64,000 nt of DNA, taken from an uncultured Planctomycetota bacterium (GTDB taxonomy: Bacteria > Planctomycetota > Planctomycetia > Isosphaerales > Isosphaeraceae). The translations under genes and the position numbers were made by a program. Under the pieces are notes generated by a model. The model made no database searches. It saw only the letters and a list, made by a program, of their open reading frames with translations, and was not told where the DNA came from. Below, piece after piece: positions 20,712-29,670 of this stretch (position 1 is its first letter; every line of letters begins with the position of its first letter). The stretch lies in contig CAWJTV010000026.1 of assembly GCA_963845755.1 (NCBI GenBank), positions 1 through 64,000 on the forward strand, written 5' to 3'.

Positions 20712-22835
20712 ATGATCCGCGTACGAACGAAGATCTGCCTGCTGATACTCGTCGCCATTTCCGGGCAACCGGTCCGGGCCGACGAGCCGAACGTGCTCTG
20801 GGGCAGGACGCTTGACGGCTGGATCGCGGCGTTGCGCGACAAGACTGGGAAGGATCGTCGTGCGGCGGTCATCGCGCTCGGCTACTTCGGGCCGGCGGCC
20901 AGGGCCGCGGTGCCGGATCTGATCGATGCTGTCCGTCAGGGACCATTCAAAGACGAAGCCGTAGAAGCGGGGTTGGATCGGCTCGACATCGTCCCGTTTT
21001 TTATTCGCTACCGACCATTCAAGGATCAAGCCGTTGAAGCCCTCGTCCAGATCGGGGCGGGTACGAGGTGACGGTTCCGATCCTGATGGAGCGATTCGTC
21101 GGGAGGGATGTCAACGCCTCACTGGGAAGGGCACGTTCATGGCTTCGGCCGTGCGAAGAATTCGCTGGTCCAGATCGGTGGTCCGGCCGTACGGTCGCTG
21201 ATCGGCGTCCTGACCGGCCCAAATGCCGACATGCGCGTCTGTGCGGCGGAGGCCCTTGGTGAAATCGGCCCGGCGGCGAGAGCCGCGGTCCCCACTCTGA
21301 TTCGCGCTCTCGCCGCGGATCGACCGGATTCCGATCCCCCAATGCTGCGCAGACATGCTGTCAAGGCTCTGGTTGCGATCGGAGTCGATGCGAAGGTTGC
21401 CGTCCCGATATTGAACGGCTTGCTCGACAAGGTATGGGAGAACGACAAGGATCGGGGAAGCGACATGTTTCTTCCGGGCGAGCTCCTCAAGGCCCTCGAT
21501 AAGCTCGGGCACCCCCCTGTGGACAGGTTACTCAAGGACTTCCTGAATGACGGGGGCCCCTCCGACGAGTTGGCCCGTCTTGGGCCGAGGGCCAAGTCGG
21601 CAGTACCTGGGCTTCGGTCGGCGCTGAAGGATGGGCGGGTCCAGGTCCGTATCTACGCAGCCGTTGCCCTGGCCCGGATTGATCCGTCAGGCGGCGGCGC
21701 GATCCCGGTCCTGATCGACGCGCTGGATCATCCCCTGGACAATATCGACTACGATGACGTTCCATCGGCTTTGAGCCAACTCGGCCCGGCGGCGAGGACC
21801 GCGATCCCCACGCTGAAGCACCTGATGGGAAAGCGTGAAGACGTCTTCATCAGATTTCAAATCCTCAAGACCTTGGTGCAAGTCGATCCCGAGGGTGGGG
21901 AAAGTATCCCTGCGCTCATCTCCGCATTGCGTGATGAAGATGCCAACGTCGTTCAGGCCGCGATCGAGAGTCTCGGCCTGTTCGGCCCCCGAGCAAAGTC
22001 TGCCGCCCCGCCCCTTGCGGCCTTGATCCTTCGCAACCTCACGGACCCGAACCCAGGAGGATTACGAGGTGCACTATGCGATCAAGGCCCTGCGCCGGAT
22101 TGACACGGCCGGCAAGTCCGCGATGCCGGCCTTGATCGCGGTTCTGAGACATCGAGACGGAAAGCAGAAAATCGAAGACAAAGCGGCACTGGACATCGAC
22201 GATGGCGACCCTGCCGAAACGGCCGCATTCCTTCTCGGATCCTACGGTCCCGAGGCCAAGGCGGCCATCCCCGCGTTGGTCGAGTCGTTGAAGACTCGAG
22301 AGAAGGATGACGCGAATTGGACCGTCCGCCGCGCCGCTGCATTGGCCTTGGGCCAGACCGGACCCGTTGCGAAGGCAGGCCATCCCCGTGCTGCGTGAAG
22401 CCCTGAAAGAGAAGCCCTGCTCAATCTGGGACGGGGTCGTGATCGCGCTCTATCAGTTGGACCCGGAAGGGAAGGTCGTGGCTCAGAAGTGGGTCGAGTC
22501 GCCGAGAGATTCCTGGGAGATTATCCAGTCCACGGGTATGAAGCCCGCCGCGAGATCGTGCTCGGCGCATGGGACGGACAAGCCTGGAGGCCGACGTTCT
22601 GACAGGACGGTGGCTGAAAAGTTTGAACCGTAATCTGGCAATAGGCTCGGGAGAGGGAGAGGAAGATTGGGAACTCCCGAGATTCATCGAGGAATACTTC
22701 GAAGCCATCGGCCGGCTCGGGGTTGGTGCTCGAGTGGCCATCCCGCGGTTGGAAGAGCTTCGCAAGCACCAGAATGCCTGGGTCCGCCTCTGGGCGATCG
22801 AGACCCTGGAGAAGGTCCGGCCGGCCAGGTCGTGA
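20712..22835 (+). CDS. Secreted HEAT-repeat protein (multiple frameshifts)
   Basis: Signal peptide; GPAARAAVP.L repeats distributed across ORFs 20712, 21108, 22069, 22307 and 22569. Confidence 0.78.
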
Positions 22836-22988
22836 GCCGACTTCCAGAAACCCGCTTCCAGCGGTGACGATGGTGAACGGTCCCAAGGCATCGCCGCCGG
22901 TTTACAACCCGGCGATCGAGGAGTCCATACATCCATCGTCGGGGAATGATGATGAGGATTCTCGGTCCAGGCGCACAAGGATGGTGCT

Positions 22989-23399
22989 ATGGGAACGAGA
23001 GGTGCCGGAGCGAATGTCCCAAGGCCTCGAATCGGCCGGGAACTGGGACGCGGTGCTGAAGGGGTCGTGTTCGAAAACCTCGATCAGCCTGGTACGGTGG
23101 TCAAGGAGTTCCACCCAGGCGGCACGTCTCCATCGCAGGCCCAAAATGAGTTCCTGAATCTGGATACGGCACGGGCGATTCACCCAGACAACGTGGTCCA
23201 GGTCCAGACCCCGACTAATCCCCGACAGGGCTTCCTCGTCAAAGAGCATGTAATCCGAGATGCGCCCCCAGCGGACCCAACCGAACTCATTCGCATTGTC
23301 CAGGATTTTGATAATGCCGGAGTGCAGGATGCTGGTGGCAACATGATATTCGGTCACACGGCGGGCAATCCGACTCCCCGCTGGATTCTTGTGGAATAG
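22989..23399 (+). CDS. Minimal protein-kinase-like domain, candidate orphan polymorphic toxin tip
   Basis: ELGRGAEGVVF G-loop, VVKEF lysine, QNEF alphaC Glu, QDAGGN catalytic-loop-like, WILVE; an upstream in-frame stop lies at 22953. Confidence 0.55.
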   Translation: MGTRGAGANVPRPRIGRELGRGAEGVVFENLDQPGTVVKEFHPGGTSPSQAQNEFLNLDTARAIHPDNVVQVQTPTNPRQGFLVKEHVIRDAPPADPTELIRIVQDFDNAGVQDAGGNMIFGHTAGNPTPRWILVE

Positions 23400-23499
23400 G
23401 GTTCCTGCCGGATTGACATTAGTGTTATTCCGAAGATAGGGTGATGTGATTAAAATCGAATTATGATCTTATTTTATGTCATTGCCGGAGGTAGAAACC

Positions 23500-23847
23500 G
23501 TGAATCACGTTGAATCAATGCAGGCGACTTCGCGGGAACTGATCTCCCTGGCCCAGCAACAGGGAGTCAATATCAGCTCGATGCATAACAGCGGCACTTT
23601 TTTTCACAATGCGAGAATCATCTGGTTCTGGCGAAAGAGTGGTGTCATCCATTACAGTTTGCAAGGAAAAATTGAGGACGTGCCGAAGGAGTATGAGGCA
23701 TCTGCGAGTGCATTTCGGGGTATGTGGGACGAGGCAGGTTCTGTCGCGGACAAAGAGCGGGCATTGGAACTTCTCAACGCTTGGTTGCTCGATACAAGAG
23801 GGGTAGACGAGTTGCCCAGCCGATCCGTTAGACGTTGCGGAATTTGA
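23500..23847 (+). CDS. Small hypothetical protein, candidate immunity protein
   Basis: GGAGGT RBS before GTG 23500 (alternative ATG 23476); AT-richer than its surroundings; follows the kinase-like ORF. Confidence 0.5.
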   Translation: MNHVESMQATSRELISLAQQQGVNISSMHNSGTFFHNARIIWFWRKSGVIHYSLQGKIEDVPKEYEASASAFRGMWDEAGSVADKERALELLNAWLLDTRGVDELPSRSVRRCGI

Positions 23848-23959
23848 GGCATATGTCGTAAAGGCCGGGGCAGCCTGTTGTGACCCTTGATGAAATGTCG
23901 AACCGAGCGAATACCCGCACCCTCCCCGCCGTCACCTTGATGAGGAGACTCTCCGCCTG

Positions 23960-24110
23960 GATTCCAGACGGGGCACCAGCAAGGTGGGAGACGCGATCAA
24001 GTCCTCGTAGCCTGTGACGAGGCAATCACGGACAGCCTCGTTCATCAGGGTTCGGGTGCGCGCGGCGCTCGGGTGAAAGCCGCGGATTGTTCTTAAGGAC
24101 TCGGAAAGGA
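23960..24110 (-). pseudogene. PIN-domain protein fragment
   Basis: VLKNNPRLSPER / ARTRTLMNEAVRDCLVTGYEDLIAS resembles the middle of PIN (VapC-like) proteins; frameshifted and truncated at both ends. Confidence 0.55.
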
Positions 24111-24474
24111 ATCGATCGCGAGACGTCATCCAGCGCCTCGGCCTCCTCGATCGGGACGTTCACGGGATGCATGATCGTGCCGGAATGATACCGGACGACG
24201 GTGACCGCGAAGCCCATCGATATCTGGAAGACGAAGTAGGTGGAATTCATCGCCGATCGCGTCGGCGTCGGCACGACACAAATCACCGTATCATCGAAAC
24301 GTTCGGGCCAAAGGACGGTAAAACCTTCCTCCTTCGCCTTACGCCAGGCCGGGGTCAGAGTTTGTGAAACAATCGGATAGCGGATTCCAAATTACGAATC
24401 GCGAATTCGTAAATGCTTTTGAAATTAGGCTTTATTCCATCCGCAATTCGTAATTCGTCATCTGGAATCGATTT

Positions 24475-25105
24475 TCACGCCTTCAGCCCACGCCGGTCCA
24501 CGGCGATCGGGACCGTTTCGAGCGATCCGAGGAACCTGGCGACATCGGCCGATGTGGAACACGTCTCGGGCATGACCGCGATGGCGTGATAGACGAACCC
24601 CTGCCGCACCATCCACCGACGCCGAGCGATCCACTTCACGCCGCCCTTGCGCGACGGTAGTGCAAAATCCTCCTCACGCGGTTCCCCGCGTTCCTGCCCG
24701 ATCAGGAGACGCTCGCCGAGCGATCTCCGTCGTCCCGCGCCGGGGATCCAATGGTCGAGCGGCGCGTCGCGGCAGCTTGACGTACTCGAGCATATCCAGC
24801 CGAGCGTGGCATTCCGAATAGGCCGCCAGGTAGACGACCCCGTCGTGCTTGGAGCGAAAGCCGTGGACCTTCACGGGACCGACGCCGGTCCTCAGCGTCG
24901 TCTTCAGCTCGGTCGGGTCGGACGGCAGATCAACCTTGAGACCACCCTCGCTCGCGATGAATCGCCTCCGGGAGAATCCCTCCGCTTCCTTAACGTACGT
25001 CTCGTGCACCATGGTCATCAACTCCGATGGAGTTGCCAGGCCGCGAGCGGCTACGGGCCAAGAGTCGCAGTCCTCCTGACTCACCGACGACTCGGCCGCC
25101 ATCAC
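24475..25105 (-). CDS. Hypothetical protein (frameshift near 24770)
   Basis: ORF 24674..25105 appears to continue in another frame as ...WMVRQGFVYHAIAVMP...ARFLGSLE to TGA 24475; directly downstream of rluD. Confidence 0.5.
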
Positions 25106-25143
25106 TCACCGCGACCGTTCGTTGCCCGACGTCGTCATCCGAG

Positions 25144-26157
25144 CTAGGTTCTTCTATAATTCCGCAAGGTTTCCAGGGTTCTTTCCATGTCCGCCGGCAG
25201 CGGAGCGGTGAGGTCCAGCTCCTTGCCGGTCAAGGGGTGGGTGAACCGCAGCCGATGGGCGTGGAGTGCCTGACGATCGATGAGCGTCGCCTCGGTCGCT
25301 TCCGTCGGCAGGACGCGACTCTTCTCGTGACCCATCACGTCACCGACCGTGATGCGATCCCGGCCCGAGTAGAGCTTGTCGGCCAGGATGGGATGGCCGA
25401 CGTGCGTGAGGTGGATGCGAATCTGGTGCGTGCGGCCGGTCCGCGGCTGGCACCGGACCATCGCGAAATCCCGGAACCGTTCGGCCACTTCGTAGAACGT
25501 CACCGCGGGCTTGCCGCCGTCCTCGGGGGTGCGAATGGCCATCTTCTCGCGGACCGTCGGATGGAACCCGATCGGACGCTCGATGTAATCCCGGTCGCGC
25601 TGCGGGGCGCCGTGGACCAGCGCGAGATACTCCTTGTGCACCTCGCGCAGCTCGAACTGGAGACCCAGCCGGCGATGGGCTAACTCATCCTTGACCACGA
25701 CGAGCAGGCCGGTCGTGTCGCGATCGAGCCGGTGGACGATCCCCGGCCGATGCTCGCCGGCCAGGGTCGAGAGCGTGTCATAATGGAATTGCAGCGCGTT
25801 GACCAGCGTGCCGCGCCAGTTCCCCTTGGCCGGGTGGGTGACCATGCCCGGCGGCTTGTTCACCACGGTCAGGGCCTCGTCCTCGTAGACGACCTCGATC
25901 GGGATCTCTTCCGGCTCCGGGGTCGTATCGGGCAGCTCGGGCAGCCGGATGCAGACCCGGTCGCCGGCCCGCACCCGATACGAGGCTTTCACCGGCCGGC
26001 CGTTGACCTGCACCGCCTCGGCGTCGATCACCTTCTGGATCACGCACCGGGAATAGTCCGTGAACCGGCTCGCCAGGTAGGCGTCGATCCGCTTGCCGTC
26101 CGTCCGAGGCTTGACCTCGAATTCCTGGGGGATTTCCGACAACGGTGGGGGCCACAT
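25144..26157 (-). CDS. rluD: RluA-family 23S rRNA pseudouridine synthase with S4 domain
   Basis: RIDAYLA S4 domain; VVNKPPGMVTHP; RPGIVHRLDRDTTG; TGRTHQIRIH; RQALHA. Confidence 0.92.
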   Translation of the reverse strand: MWPPPLSEIPQEFEVKPRTDGKRIDAYLASRFTDYSRCVIQKVIDAEAVQVNGRPVKASYRVRAGDRVCIRLPELPDTTPEPEEIPIEVVYEDEALTVVNKPPGMVTHPAKGNWRGTLVNALQFHYDTLSTLAGEHRPGIVHRLDRDTTGLLVVVKDELAHRRLGLQFELREVHKEYLALVHGAPQRDRDYIERPIGFHPTVREKMAIRTPEDGGKPAVTFYEVAERFRDFAMVRCQPRTGRTHQIRIHLTHVGHPILADKLYSGRDRITVGDVMGHEKSRVLPTEATEATLIDRQALHAHRLRFTHPLTGKELDLTAPLPADMERTLETLRNYRRT

Positions 26158-26253
26158 GGTGGTCAGTCGTCAGAGGTCAGTGGCCGGTGGTCAGAAAAGA
26201 GACGAGGAATCCGCATTTCGCGATGTCCGGTGAACGATGATCGCTCGGGTCGA

Positions 26254-27260
26254 TCATCGCGGTGCCTTCTCCTTGGCGGTATCGGGCTTCGAGGAGAAGA
26301 CATCCACCGGGAGATCCTTCAGACTCGCGGCCGGCTTGGCGGGTTCGGCCTTGTCCTTGGCCGATTTGTCCGGGGAGGTGCCCGGGGCCTTGGAGGTGGT
26401 CGGTTGCGTCCTGGCTTCGCCCCGAATATCCAGGAGGTTCGGAAGACGTACGTCGGGGAGACTGGCCTCGGGTTTCAAGGGACCGAAGGGCGCGGACTTC
26501 GTCGGTGCTCCCACTCCCCGGGATCGAAGGACCCAGGAGCGAAGAGGGCAGGCTCTCGGTCCCGAGCGGCGGCAGGGTCATCTTCGTGGGCGAGAAGGCA
26601 TACAGCTCCTTGTAGAACGTGGTGGCCTGCGGGTCCTTGAGGGCTTCCACAAGGCGCTTGGCGTCCTTGGCCTCCGGAGCTCTCCGGCCATTCCTTGACC
26701 ACATGCTGGTACTGTTCCAGGGCCTGGGAGAGGTCGTTGCGCATCTCGAGGGTCCGGGCCTTGCCGAGCGCGGCGGAACGCGCCTGCGGCGAGTCATGCG
26801 GGGCTTCGCGTTCCACCTGCTCGAAGAGGTCCAGCGCCTTCCGTGCGGTGGGCAAGGCGACGTCGCGGTTCTGGGGCAGGTCGCTGAGGGCCAGGTTGTA
26901 GTACTCCGTCGCCGCCTGCAACAGCGCCCAGGTCGCGACCGGCGAGGTCGGAAACTCCTTGGCCAGGTCCACCCGTTCCTCGGCGGACTTGGCGGTCTCG
27001 AGCTTGGCCCAGGCGTCCTCGTCCGGCGAACGCCCGCCCGTCGCCAGTTTCCAGACCACCACCGCGAGGAATACGCACGCGATGATCGCGGCAGGCCAAC
27101 CCAGGTACCGGCGCGGCTCCTTCACCGCGTGGTGCGTGAACCGCCCCAGCGCCGTCATCTTCTCCTCGGGATCGTGGATGACGGTGGGCACAACGTGTTC
27201 GAGCTGGTGGCGCAACGGAGGGGAAGACCGGGTCTGTGCGCGCCGCGACTGCTTCTTCAT
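26254..27260 (-). CDS. YfgM-like membrane-anchored TPR protein (frameshifts)
   Basis: Single TM; TPR-like helices (ALGKARTLEMRNDLSQALEQYQ); continuation in ORFs 26177 and 26254 with a Pro/Lys-rich tail. Confidence 0.6.
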
Positions 27261-27564
27261 CTAAGAGACCCCTCGCCGTCCCGCCGGGTCGAATCGCGTG
27301 GGACGATGGACTATCCTTCGGTTAACTCAACTTCTCAGGAATCTTATACTTTGGCGCAGGAAACGGTCAAGGTTCAGTGGTCAGGGCCAGCCCTGAGAAA
27401 TCCGCCCCTCGGGCGGTAGGCCGGCACGCGGAAGCCGCGTGGATGGCGACCGAGGGCCGGCAAAGGCCGTAAGGGGACGGGCTCGAAGGCGGCTTCGAGT
27501 GCGACCGCTATCAGACCCTGAAGAACCCGGCTGAACCTGGAACACGCCCACCCGCCACCGGCGG

Positions 27565-28930
27565 CTAACTGCTGTCCAGTCGGATCTGGATCGGCCCGGC
27601 TCCGGCCGGCTCGAAGACCTCGTCCGGCCAGTGTCGAAACCGCAGGCTCTCCAACAATCGTTGTGCCATGTTCTTCAACGAGCCGAACAGCTCCACGGCC
27701 GTTCGCTTCCCCTGCTCTTGGGCCAGGTGCCGCAACAGGCTCCCCTTCTCCACCAGTTGCAACAGCAGATGGGCGATCTGCAACAGGAAATAGTAGGCCG
27801 GCCAGCATCTGTGGCTGTAGGCATGTTCCAGGTTCAGGCCACTGTTCTTCTGGGTGTTAAATCCCTCGTTCTCCTCGCGCCAGCGTGCCCTCCCTCCGTT
27901 GGTCGCTACTTCCACCACAGTCTCGTGGCTCAAATCCAGAGAGGTCACCCACGACCATTCCGTCTGCTTTCCCTCCTTGCCCGTCTCGGTGCACTCCAGA
28001 GCGTTGATGGTCCAGTCCCGACCATCACTGTCCCTGTAGTGCAGGCCGTTGATCCAGCGATAGACCTGCCGGACCCCTTGCGGCGTCATCCGTTCCACGC
28101 GCTGGTCGGGACACAACCGCAGCAACCCCTGGAAATCCTCCCAGAGGGCGGGAAGTCGTCCAGGCTGAAACGTGTAAATGTAGTCGCATCGATAATCTTT
28201 GGCGACCTGGAATCCTTCTCCGCAGGCATACAGGCCGTCACCGCCGAGGCAAATCCGCAACTGCGGGAACTCGATCCGCAACTTCTCCACCAGGCGTCGC
28301 AAGGCCTTCAACTCGCAATCCTGCTTGATCCGTTCCTGCGCTGGCACCCGCTGGGGCACTGGCGACGTCGTGGTTGTCGATGAACTCACTGGCGATCGAG
28401 ATGACCGTGCCGGCCGGCCCCAGCACCTTGGCCTCCAGCACCTGGTGCATATATAGCGTCGTCTCACCGTGCCGCTGGGTCAGGCAATCGTCGCAATGCC
28501 GGGAGTGAAACACCAGATAGCCCGAGCCGTCAATCAAGACGACGAACCGCCCCTGCAGCCGCGCCGCGTCCAGAGCCTTCATGCGGATCAACCGCTGGAC
28601 CATCCGCTGCCGCAACCCGGCGATGGGGTCGGGGCCGATTTTCCCCAGGAAGTACTCCAAGGTCTGGTTCACCGGCCGGCTCTCTTGCGCCGTACCCGCC
28701 AGACGATTGAGATTGGGCAGGACCTCCGGGCCGTCGGTGTTCAACTGGTAGTCCAGTTGGCGCCGGCTGCTCAACTTGCACAGGAACAAACTCAGCCCCC
28801 ACCACAGCAGGAACCGCTTGTGGTAGATCACCAAGGGGGCAAACCGCGGGTCATCGATCGCATCGATCCAGGTGTTGAGATCGGGGAAGAAGTGACCCAG
28901 GGTTCGCACCAGGATAGGTCCGATGTTCAG
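27565..28930 (-). CDS. DDE transposase (frameshift near 28345; start uncertain)
   Basis: IDDPR; VLIDGSG; QDCELKA; GDGLYA; RARWREENEGFNTQKNSGLNLEHAYSH. Confidence 0.85.
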
Positions 28931-29283
28931 CGTCGTCCCCGCCGCCGCTTTCGGTGCGAGACGTGGCCCTGGATCAAGGCCAGGGTCAACTGGCTGATTT
29001 CGTGGATCAGGCCTTTGAGACGTTGGTGTTCTTGCACCCATTCTTGGACCTCCGTGAGCAGGTCCTGGGGCACATACACCGTGCGAGTCTTACCCCCCTC
29101 CGAGAAGGTGAGGTGGTGGGCGGAGTGCAACGGGCCACCGTGGTGGCAGGCGCAGGAGGGCTGGCCGCAACGTTTCTGCACCTGGGCCAGGCTGGCCGCC
29201 AGGAGCGGCCCAGCCGGAGCCAGTTGCTTGAGGCGGCGGTCGAGCATCCGACGGACCAGCGTGGGGTGGCTCGGCACATGCAT
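28927..29283 (-). CDS. DUF6788-like small Cys/His protein (IS accessory)
   Basis: LLAASL...CGQPSCACHHGGPLH...GKTRTVYVP. Confidence 0.75.
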   Translation of the reverse strand: MHVPSHPTLVRRMLDRRLKQLAPAGPLLAASLAQVQKRCGQPSCACHHGGPLHSAHHLTFSEGGKTRTVYVPQDLLTEVQEWVQEHQRLKGLIHEISQLTLALIQGHVSHRKRRRGRR

Positions 29284-29519
29284 CGATGGGCCCCTGGAAC
29301 TTCCGGTAAGTGGACCTTATACCGGGAAAGGCCCGAAAAGTCATGAGGTGCGAAGAAAAAAATTGAGGGCCTAGGATGGTCGGGCACTTCAACAGAGGTT
29401 CTACTCGGGACTTACGCTGCCGTCAAGGTGCGACAAATTCCCCAATTCCTCAGAGCTGGGTCAGGGCGCAGTAGTCAGTGGTCAGTAGTCAACTTCATGC
29501 CGAGGATCGGGTCTTGTCT

Positions 29520-29645
29520 TTAGAGTCTGTCCCGGAAGCCTCATCGGCCGTCTTGTAGGGTGCTCTGTGAGCACCGAATTCGGCAAAGTACACCGTCTCG
29601 GTGCTCACAGAACACCCTACAAACACCTTCCGAGACAGACTCTTA
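29520..29645. repeat. MITE-like inverted repeat enclosing a GTAG REP doublet
   Basis: Outer TTAGAGTCTGTCCCGGAAG / CTTCCGAGACAGACTCTTA; inner TTGTAGGGTGCTCTGTGAGCACCGA (29553-29577) / TCGGTGCTCACAGAACACCCTACAA (29598-29622). Confidence 0.8.
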
Positions 29646-29670
29646 GTCTTTCCTGACTACTGACCACTGA

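Larger units (their letters stand above)
27388..29458 (-). mobile_element. Complete insertion sequence (IS4/ISAs1-like DDE, ISNCY type) with DUF6788-like accessory gene
   Basis: Terminal inverted repeats CAGCCCTGAGAAAT / CAGCTCTGAGGAAT; 9-bp direct repeat GGTCAGGGC at 27379-27387 and 29459-29467. Confidence 0.88.
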
